From Elusimicrobiota bacterium (GTDB taxonomy: Bacteria > CG03 > SLGR01 > JBDRKX01), in assembly GCA_043813605.1 (NCBI GenBank), contig JBDRKX010000020.1, positions 1 through 16,471 of the forward strand: a DNA stretch of 16,471 nucleotides, read 5' to 3'. Position numbers and translations under genes: made by a program. The notes beneath the pieces were generated by a model, which saw nothing but the letters and a program-made list of their open reading frames with translations, was not told the DNA's origin and did no database searches. How positions within the stretch are numbered: position 1 is the stretch's first letter; every line of letters begins with the position of its first letter. Shown piece by piece: positions 11,101 through 16,471 of this stretch.

Positions 11101-11678
11101 AACGGTATCGCGGTTTTAAGCATATAAAAAGGCGGCTTGAGTGGCTTGCAGGCCGGATCATTGCAAAAGATGCCGTGCGTATGTATCTCGATTCAGATAC
11201 TCCCGCCGCTCGCGCTGTAGTAATCCGGAGTGCGCCTGATGAACCTCCCTGTGTTGATATCGAAGATCCGGGTGTGACTGTATTTCCTCCGTATATTTCG
11301 ATAACTCATTCTGGTGATGCTGCTGCAGTTGCAGCAGCACAAGATCCGGGAATAGGAATTGATGTACAGGAGATAAATGAATCAATTCTGGAAATAGCTG
11401 ATACGTTTTCTACTCCTGAAGAGCGGGAATTGATCTCAGCATGTAACGAAAGCGAAGAGGCAGTCTTACTGGCATATATCTGGGCGATGAAAGAAGCATC
11501 TCGTAAAGCAGCAGGAACTGAATCCTGTACAATGAAAGAACTCTCTATAAAGACGGCAGATTATAACGGCAATTATATAGTCTGCGAGCTTTATCATTTG
11601 AACACAGGTACAATAAGGTCAGTTGTATTTCAAAATGGCAGTTATGTATATGCTGTGAGTTCAGTGCCGGGTAAATAG
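5133..11678 (+). CDS. Single-module (likely iterative) type I polyketide/fatty acid synthase, KS-AT-ACP-KR-DH-PPTase
   Basis: KS: DAACASS (C213), EAHGTGT (H347), KSMIGHLK (H387). AT: FPGQGSQ, GHSLGE (S687), SAYH (H794). One ACP: LGLDSIKQVEI (S1046). KR: GGARGIT and FSSVAGRWGNMGQASYAAGH (Y1538). DH: EHHVGYENPVLPG and QLDG. Sfp-type PPTase: EWLAGRIIAKDA, ISITHS, GIGIDVQ, WAMKEA. Confidence 0.95.
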   Translation: MQLKDAVAIVGMGCVFPDAPNPDKYWENIINRHYAVREIPLNRWDPALYYDNSRTKPYRSHSKLAASVEDFKKDPLKFHIPPVSGPFIERMQFLILESAYQALEDSGYLEKDFDRQRTAVFIGSNGKGEMQSLLNVRFHWNKFAKSLESVEEFRNLSQTQKDSLLAQAEDAFNKDMPEVCEDTCGGVFGSIIASRINNCFNFGGTSLVVDAACASSLAAFSQGLKGLNERKFDTVLAGGIDGRLDIGSYIFFSSLGAISDKGSFPFDERADGFIIGEGAGAILLKRLEDAMQDGDKIYAVIRNIGTSSDGRAKGITAPDMKGQIRALERTYEELPFTPDTVSLIEAHGTGTWIGDKIELASLIEFFSRYSDRKQYIGLGSVKSMIGHLKSGAGVAGIIKTALALYNRILPPTINCEQPRKDVDWKNSPFYLITEAQPWESNDVPRRAAVDAFGFGGINYHAVLEEAPAEAALMDESAGYVKNGARFPAELIIFRASTRRDLLKLVENTRDELVQDEQLGLHNIAAKIAELASPDGATLAIVAADTEELISHINKSLEVLEDTTRSEFSSAQGIYFSENPLGPDEKIAFLFPGQGSQYLNMGGDMADCFPFVGDIFREVDNIAHQYTGNSMLEVLIPGEAGSSEEKDRLSNLLNRPDYNHPAMLAMVAGILQVLERAGVKPDMVAGHSLGEYFALYAAGVFDMNTAINLTTIRGEGIVRNCFQNGSMASINMSEEMLEEYKDIFEQVGGFITVANKNCPAQTVISGDVESVEKVVEHLEEKGIQCKILPVTSAYHTKLLLPAAESFRKLLNTLTFNPPGIPVQSNLSGRAYETDGNFTAHLRDVLVEQMIKPVEFISNVLSMYEDGARLFIEIGPKSTLSSFVDNILSNKTHWTISANIPHISPTAQLLHTLAFCAAKGLPVDISRIRPRQELKSPGASGTVKPQRSKIAVKQKDTASPDLIREILKEKNPDVIEKYLNRRSDFLKDMISVDFEHFTGLPADQAEKKSMPDDGLEKQIIELISRKSGYPEEVINIDFDVEAELGLDSIKQVEIIREAARELNIDFGEDLRSQRYKITTPRKLIEICRDLIRDKTAPGTSGLQESGEVREVKDEQEWQTDCHRWTYEKIEVPLSAENRLENGSLKNKRCLLLTGSEGPGRLLQDMLEEAGAAVYPVLPADNMRDLPEDFDIILNMWSYNEDDRLLLEKSEKWWQQVEQRASSLLTVGQKLAHLIRQNKDKKTSWIEVTSLGGEMSAGIAKTVPARAGIGWGMMRCLTQEFKENIEFLCLDLNPDEPVDQVAGYVLNELMHCWQYSEIGYTDGKRYEIRWKIDDLDNHGQEIKLDSQSVVLAIGGARGITASICRKLAEHSNAQFIIVGKSPLPPGTGIIGKNQITFETARAAVLYELRKQDKRIIPLEIEKTAWRRVWENERAFNLKRLEDIAGKVVYRQCDITDHKSVKSLINEIHQEYRSIDLVIQGASDLIEKATEDITAEEFIGNMRSKALGTACLLSALSDIKVGTFINFSSVAGRWGNMGQASYAAGHELAGILVAGMRRNRTGRWINVFFGPWLNVGMIRIGAVMERLRVRGNDFITHETGGEYFIKELTAGSNRNVAFCGNTPLRRINRPGKKSAGSPPGASLLEKIDIVSPEIAEGYRILNMKQDRIVAEHHVGYENPVLPGVVSLEMIAQAASVLTDPGFSVTDINDIVFPHPGIFPHGEEMKFYVRVSLVLKDNKCAWFNGKVFSNFVAPGSTKNEEMVHASCRIRFGYREAAQKPSLLLVSTGVGDYRVDAKDLWETKMRQYRKGMYRTISSVFSVTRDGVIGEIKANRISEFCEKPKIGNLMQLDGTLDLINLSTDIFYGNESSLVGSIKDISFYVSDDSEEKRFCRTRIRELNERDIIYDVEAMDSTGKVTERASYVQKPREERGFNGLNEPIWKLLRENPRQKEIKDLLGYDKGFVLAQISISHVKDTLETDEKGLLNKYLSGEERERYRGFKHIKRRLEWLAGRIIAKDAVRMYLDSDTPAARAVVIRSAPDEPPCVDIEDPGVTVFPPYISITHSGDAAAVAAAQDPGIGIDVQEINESILEIADTFSTPEERELISACNESEEAVLLAYIWAMKEASRKAAGTESCTMKELSIKTADYNGNYIVCELYHLNTGTIRSVVFQNGSYVYAVSSVPGK

Positions 11679-11765
11679 TATTCAGGAAAACCTGTCAATT
11701 TTTAATATCGGTTTGAACTGAGAGAGATTTTGAGGTTAAAGACTTAGGCAATATTCTTAAACCCT

Positions 11766-11891
11766 ATGAAAATAACAACACCTTTTGATAATCTTAAAGA
11801 ACTTGGTATTCTAATTAATGAGGGCGCAGATGAGCTCTACTGCGGTGTTGCGGAACCGGGAGTCTCCCGTCATTTGAAAAGCAGAGCCTGA
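11766..11891 (+). pseudogene. N-terminal fragment of a U32 peptidase-family (UbiU/RlhA/TrhP-like) protein
   Basis: Not in the ORF track. Translates MKITTPFDNLKELGILINEGADELYCGVAEP, then an unrelated tail and a stop after 41 aa. GADELYCG about 20 residues from the start matches the U32 N-terminal GADxxYxG motif. Confidence 0.7.
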
Positions 11892-12208
11892 AAGAGATCG
11901 AATTAAAGCGTGAATTCAGGGTTTTTACGAAGAATAATATCAAGGCCGCGGTAGATCTCCTTAAGGACCTGTCCATGAATCTTAATCCATGGTAAAGGAT
12001 ATGGGTTGCAGAACTTGCGGGTGAAGTGCATATAGACGATGCTATTGAAATACTTAAACCGCTGGTTACCGACAATGAATACAAGGTCAAGAAACAGTCA
12101 CTGAAGACACTAAGGTTTTTTCTCGAATCCGGTAAGATAAGTCAGGGTCAGGCATCGCGCATAAAGCATATTATCGCAACTACACGCCAGGCCGGCTGGA
12201 TAACTTGA
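11861..12208 (+). pseudogene. C-terminal remnant of a HEAT-repeat-like protein
   Basis: The frame of ORF 12026-12208 extends upstream through an in-frame TAA (11993-11995): AAVDLLKDLSMNLNPW*RIWVAELAGEVHIDDAIEILKPLVTDNEYKVKKQSLKTL. These are two HEAT-like units. No plausible start or RBS. Confidence 0.55.
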
Positions 12209-12388
12209 TCCGGGAAGATAACCGGAAATAATGCATAATGAATTATAACAATGTGTCATCCGGAAAAAATCAGAAATCGTTTCTCCTGAAACCATAAAAT
12301 AAATCTCCACTGTAATACGAATAAACTGTTTTTCTCGGAAATGCTGATATTCCATTCTAAAAAGCTAAAAAATCGTGTATAACAGTTT

Positions 12389-12475
12389 GATCGGAGAAGT
12401 TTGACCATAATTATAACATTTAGTAACATTCTAACATATTAACATAATTCATAAATATGGAGAATATAAAAAATG
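12389..12475 (+). promoter_or_regulatory. Duplicated promoter/leader block, copy 1 (upstream of the PLP enzyme)
   Basis: TTGACC(12401-12406)-N17-TAACAT(12424-12429), with TAACAT at 12414, 12424, 12432 and 12440, a GGAG RBS and ATG 12473. Aligns without gaps to 16171-16257. Confidence 0.75.
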
Positions 12476-13876
12476 ACAAAAAGAAATTTTTTCTATGATT
12501 GGTTATGTAAGAGCCGGAAAGGTCAAAAAACTGCCGATACAAAAGCCTATACAGTATTGAATGACAGGACTCTCAGTCTTATGAAATCTCATAACCTGGT
12601 AGGGAATTTTTTTCATTACCGCACTGCGATTGAAATACTCGGTTGGGAATATAGTGATGTATTTGAGGAAGGAAGGCTGGATCTCGATCCGGACAAGTGG
12701 GCGGATTTCGGGCCTGCTAATTTCCAGCTGGGCCCCCCGGCCGGAGTATCAAAAAGCCTGAAAAGAATAACAACAAACAAGAACCTTGTGCCTTACCCGC
12801 CTAACCTTGTCCCTTCTCTGAGAGATATAGCGTCAAAGGCTCTTTTTAAAAGATCCTGCAGCAGGAATTTTGAGATCTCATGTACAGAGGGAGCTCATGC
12901 TTCTGTAGCATATAGTGTCATGACATTTGTGAACCCTGGTGATGAGGTGATAATAACGGATCCCGGTTATTTTTTTCTTGAACCGCCTGTACTGGTAGCC
13001 GGCGGCAGGGTAAAGAGGGTAATACTTACTGAAAAGAGCGGTTACCGTATAAATGTAGAAAGCCTGAAGAAAAAGATCACGCCAAAAACGAAGATGATAA
13101 TAATCTGCGATCCGATAAACCCTTTTGGGACTATACAGACAAAAGACGAACTTAAAGAAATAGTAAGGATTGCGAATAAGTACAATATTATCGTGCTCGA
13201 CAATATAACTCACAGTTTTCACAGGTTGAACGAACGAGTGAAACACCATCCTATGTCAGCCCTGGATAAAGTCGATACAAGAAATGTTATCACGATTACA
13301 GGACTTTCACATGGTTTCGGATTAGCGGGACTGAGGATCGGTTTTATGGCGGGGCATCCGGACCTTCTGGGTCCTATACTGGCGATGGAGAGCGCATTGA
13401 CGCGGGTTAATATCAATCTGCTTATGCAATATGGGGCCCAGGCCGCATTAGAGGATAAGGAATACTTTCCGCGGTGCGCAAAAAAACTGAAGAGAAATCT
13501 CAGCATACTGGAAGATATTGTAGATAATAATCCTTTGCTCTCCTTTGTAGTTAAACCGGATTATGGGTATGTAACCTGCATAGACACATCGAAGATAAAA
13601 GCGAGCTGTCAGGAACTGACGGTGGCGCTTTTAAAAAGAAAATGCGCTGTATATCCTTCTGATGGTCTGGGAGATACGAAATCCACATCATACCTTAGGT
13701 TGAATTTCTCAACTCCCCGCAGGGAACATTTTAGATGGCTTGAAAAAGCTCTTCCCGAAGCTATTGAAGAAGCAGAATCAGGGGAACACCGTAAAGCAGT
13801 AATAGATTTTTTTAGATCAGTAGGCACAAAACGTTCTGAAAAAATAATAAAGATATTGAAGGATATTGATAGATAA
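12473..13876 (+). CDS. Fold-type-I PLP-dependent protein, aminotransferase class I/II-like, with His at the catalytic Lys position
   Basis: TEGAHAS, NPGDEVIITDPGY, CDPINPFG (NPxG), VLDNITH (PLP Asp), TGLSHGFGLAGLRIGF (normally SxSKxxxxxGxRxG) and YLRLNF (carboxylate-binding Arg). Confidence 0.9.
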   Translation: MTKRNFFYDWLCKSRKGQKTADTKAYTVLNDRTLSLMKSHNLVGNFFHYRTAIEILGWEYSDVFEEGRLDLDPDKWADFGPANFQLGPPAGVSKSLKRITTNKNLVPYPPNLVPSLRDIASKALFKRSCSRNFEISCTEGAHASVAYSVMTFVNPGDEVIITDPGYFFLEPPVLVAGGRVKRVILTEKSGYRINVESLKKKITPKTKMIIICDPINPFGTIQTKDELKEIVRIANKYNIIVLDNITHSFHRLNERVKHHPMSALDKVDTRNVITITGLSHGFGLAGLRIGFMAGHPDLLGPILAMESALTRVNINLLMQYGAQAALEDKEYFPRCAKKLKRNLSILEDIVDNNPLLSFVVKPDYGYVTCIDTSKIKASCQELTVALLKRKCAVYPSDGLGDTKSTSYLRLNFSTPRREHFRWLEKALPEAIEEAESGEHRKAVIDFFRSVGTKRSEKIIKILKDIDR

Positions 13877-13927
13877 CGTTGATAATATATATATATCAGT
13901 TTCATCTGGAACTTGTGAATTATGAAA

Positions 13928-14104
13928 TATGACTACTCAGTTTAAGCAGAAATGAATTATGGATGTGATAAGATACATCATCAGCAATAATTCAATTAAT
14001 GTTTTTACCGTCGAAGAAGTTGTCATAAGCTATTTAATTACTTGCTCTTGGCATATCTTAAATAGGTAGAAAATGCCCTTTTCTGCGCTAACTGAGTAGT
14101 CATT
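13928..14104. mobile_element. MITE-like non-autonomous element (~175 bp), possibly IS4-family derived
   Basis: Terminal inverted repeats ATGACTACTCAGTTTAAGCAGAAA (13929-13952) and TTTCTGCGCTAACTGAGTAGTCAT (14080-14103) match at 21/24. The direct repeat TTATGAAAT flanks the element at 13920-13928 and 14105-14113. No transposase inside. Boundaries are uncertain by 1-2 bp. Confidence 0.8.
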
Positions 14105-14106
14105 TT

Positions 14107-16008
14107 ATGAAATGTAAATATAAGGAAAAGATATTATTGAACGGCAAAGGGAGTATCCTTCTTGCTGCATTAGGTTATTTGTTCTGGTTTTTCTATAGAG
14201 TAGGTACCAAACCTACACGTATCGCTTATCCCTGCCAGCAGGCAGGGGTATCTCATATTTTATTCTCGTTCAGTGCTATTATACTGCCTGCGGCCATCGT
14301 ATATATCCGGTCTATAACCGGATGGATGAAAAAAAACTATATCCGGGTAATAATAGTATCTGTTTTAATCGCTGGTACTTTCGCCGGCGTCGAAGTACAG
14401 AAAACTTACAAAAAAAAGAGGTTGATCAAGGCGGGAAGCCGTACAATCCCGCAAAAAGAAAAGAGTATTTTCAGTAATGCCTTAATAGAAAAAGAGAATA
14501 AAACACTTGGGTATGCTAAATCGGTTCATGTGCCGGCAGCAGATTCAGAGAATCTTTCAATAGTAAGCTTCAGTCACGATAAAGCAATGAGTTACGGGAC
14601 ATCTTCTCCGCCGTATGATAAAGACACTAATCCTGTATATGATTTTGTCTGGAAGACGGTTGAAAGATTGAATTTCGGAGATCCGGGTAATCCGCTGAAA
14701 AACCTGATAAGTCCCGGAGATAAGGTACTTATCAAACCGAATCTGGTGCTGCATATGGATCCGTATTATACGCATCCGGAAGTGGTCAGGCCGTTGATCG
14801 ATATGGCCATAGCGGCAGGCGCTTCTGAAATACAGGTCGGTGATGGAAATACTACATATTCATATACCGAAAAAACACTGGCCGATACCGGTTATAAAAA
14901 GATGATCAGGGTGCTGAAAAAACGCAACAGAAACATAAGAATATCGACAGTAAACCTGAATAACAGGAAATACTGGAGATGGATATATCTTGGCGATAAA
15001 AGCAGTTTTGCAGGAAGTCCATATACCGATTCCGATCTAATGTCGCAAAATCATATGCTGTATAATACGCAATATTATTCCACTTCGGATTACAGAGGCA
15101 AGAATCCCGGAGGTGAGTGTCTGGGGTGGTATGCGATAAGCAGATACATACTGGATGCAGATGTCATTATTAATGTCCCAAAGCTGAAGATGCACGGTAA
15201 AATGATTATTACGGGATGTATCAAGGCCCATGTAGGAAGCGTTATTGCAAGCACTCATGATGATAAATGGTACGCGGAGAGAATAGCCCATTATAAGACC
15301 GATGCAGTAGGTAACGAGTTCTTTTTTAATAATGATATTTTTTGGCGGGCAATACTCGATATAAACAGAATTGTATTATATTCGGATAGACAGGGTAGAT
15401 TGCAGCATACGAGACAGCGTAAGTATTTTAATGTAATCGATGGAATAGTAGGTGCGGAAAGAGACCATGGAGCATATAAACAGGGGATACCCTACAATTC
15501 AAAAATAATACTTGCCGGAACCGATCCTGTAGCTACAGATGCAGTAGCGTGCCGGCTGATAGGTTATGATTATCGTGTTGTTCCCAGTATTATTAATGCG
15601 ATAAATTCTTCTGATTATCCGATTGGAACCAATAATCCCGAAAATATCACAGTTATAGGTGATGAGATCAACGATTCTATAAACCATATCTACATGTATT
15701 CGCAATTATGGGGAAAATATGCGAAAAAAGCTAAACTGGATATCACAGATTTTGTATCGCCGTCTATAATAGATATATCCTATAAAACAATAGATAAAAA
15801 AAAAGTAATCTCAGTTGAAACGGATAGTGACACAAGTACCGCGTATGTATTATATGAGATTGACGGGGATGATTATTTGAAGAAAATGACAAAAAAAGGC
15901 GATAATCTGTTTGCAGCAGTTATACACAAAGAAAAATTGAAATCGTACAGGATACTTGTCCAGGACAACAGTTTTAATACGTCACAAAGCCGTTTGTTAC
16001 ATATATAA
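14107..16008 (+). CDS. Membrane-anchored DUF362-domain protein
   Basis: GDKVLIKPNLV, YTHPEVVRPLID...IQVGDG, ADVIINVPKLKMHG, NVIDGIVGAE and GTDPVATDAVACRLIG are DUF362 signatures. The N-terminus has about three hydrophobic segments around RVGTKPTRIAYPCQQA. The C-terminal ~80 aa look beta-rich. Confidence 0.85.
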   Translation: MKCKYKEKILLNGKGSILLAALGYLFWFFYRVGTKPTRIAYPCQQAGVSHILFSFSAIILPAAIVYIRSITGWMKKNYIRVIIVSVLIAGTFAGVEVQKTYKKKRLIKAGSRTIPQKEKSIFSNALIEKENKTLGYAKSVHVPAADSENLSIVSFSHDKAMSYGTSSPPYDKDTNPVYDFVWKTVERLNFGDPGNPLKNLISPGDKVLIKPNLVLHMDPYYTHPEVVRPLIDMAIAAGASEIQVGDGNTTYSYTEKTLADTGYKKMIRVLKKRNRNIRISTVNLNNRKYWRWIYLGDKSSFAGSPYTDSDLMSQNHMLYNTQYYSTSDYRGKNPGGECLGWYAISRYILDADVIINVPKLKMHGKMIITGCIKAHVGSVIASTHDDKWYAERIAHYKTDAVGNEFFFNNDIFWRAILDINRIVLYSDRQGRLQHTRQRKYFNVIDGIVGAERDHGAYKQGIPYNSKIILAGTDPVATDAVACRLIGYDYRVVPSIINAINSSDYPIGTNNPENITVIGDEINDSINHIYMYSQLWGKYAKKAKLDITDFVSPSIIDISYKTIDKKKVISVETDSDTSTAYVLYEIDGDDYLKKMTKKGDNLFAAVIHKEKLKSYRILVQDNSFNTSQSRLLHI

Positions 16009-16170
16009 TAGAATTAAAATAAAAAAACACAAACAATTAATACCCCCGGTAATACTGTATATAAAAAATCCGCAAAGAGTGAAAAATATGCATAAATTGC
16101 CATTGAATAATCCGGAAAAATAATCACATTTAAGAAACATGCCGCGGATTATATGCATAGGTATCAACGG

Positions 16171-16257
16171 GATCGCAATAGTTTGACCATAATTATAATA
16201 AATGGTAACATCTTAACATAATATCGCAATTTATTGATGTGGATAATAAAACAAAAG
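16171..16257 (+). promoter_or_regulatory. Duplicated promoter/leader block, copy 2
   Basis: TTGACC(16183-16188)-N17-TAACAT(16206-16211) with a TGn extended -10. The 19-bp stretch AGTTTGACCATAATTATAA is identical to copy 1, and overall identity is 66/87 by hand count. Confidence 0.75.
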
Positions 16258-16352
16258 AAATAGTTAAGAGTTACAGTTGTTCTGTTATTCCGATCAATTA
16301 TAAGGAAAAAGGATACAAGATACAGGAAAGAATACTATCCTGATCCAGGTGA

Positions 16353-16471
16353 ATGATGAGCAGTAAGATAATCACTTTAATATCTGTGGAAATGGTAGTT
16401 ACATGCCATGGTATAAGGAGTATATCATCTGTGCTGAAACAGCATGGATATGATGTACGGCTCATTTTTAT
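16353..16471 (+). CDS. 5' end of a probable cobalamin-binding radical SAM protein (runs off the window)
   Basis: Open to the edge: MMSSKIITLISVEMVVTCHGIRSISSVLKQHGYDVRLIF. This resembles the G-(L/I)-xx-(L/I)-(S/A)-xx-L-K-xx-G-x-(D/E)-V start of the B12-binding domain of class B radical SAM enzymes. Only 39 codons are visible. Confidence 0.65.
   Translation, partial: MMSSKIITLISVEMVVTCHGIRSISSVLKQHGYDVRLIF

Noticed and set aside
5133..11678. Calling the PKS pfaA, hglE or pksE, or calling the locus an enediyne or ladderane cluster
   Set aside because: It has one ACP, no PfaB/C/D, no E3/E4/E5/E10 cassette and none of the type II FAS genes of proposed ladderane loci in view. Domain order alone does not fix the product.
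11683..11704. CAGG-AAAA-CCTG hairpin with a T-rich tail after the PKS stop as a terminator
   Set aside because: The stem is only 4 bp and the T run is not adjacent. Too weak to call.
12414..12445. TAACAT repeats as a PhoB/OmpR-type box
   Set aside because: Spacings are 10, 8 and 8 bp rather than a regular 10-11 bp period, so no specific regulator can be named. The repeats are kept only as part of the duplicated promoter.
13881..13897. (TA)n near-palindrome after the PLP gene
   Set aside because: Short low-complexity tract in AT-rich DNA with no supportable function.
1..16471. CRISPR arrays, tRNA/rRNA genes, riboswitches (including cobalamin)
   Set aside because: No regularly spaced repeats or recognisable structured-RNA consensus were seen. 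A covariance-model search would be needed to exclude them fully.

Overview
The window opens with two decayed, nested insertion sequences: an ISL3 element inserted just behind the stop codon of an IS1380-family transposase. A run of + strand genes follows that looks like an undescribed biosynthetic cluster rich in Fe-S enzymes. In order these are a radical SAM enzyme, a radical SAM/SPASM-twitch enzyme, and a 2181-aa single-module type I PKS (KS-AT-ACP-KR-DH-PPTase, the domain order of enediyne PksE, with a PfaA/HglE-like KS motif). Next come a deletion scar joining a U32-family N-terminus to a HEAT-repeat remnant and a fold-type-I PLP enzyme whose Schiff-base lysine is replaced by histidine. 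The last two are a membrane-anchored DUF362 protein with a ~175-bp MITE inserted at its start codon and the start of a probable cobalamin-dependent radical SAM gene cut by the window edge. An ~87-bp promoter/leader block occurs twice (12389 and 16171). All family calls come from motif recognition by eye. No searches were run, and the product of the cluster is unknown.
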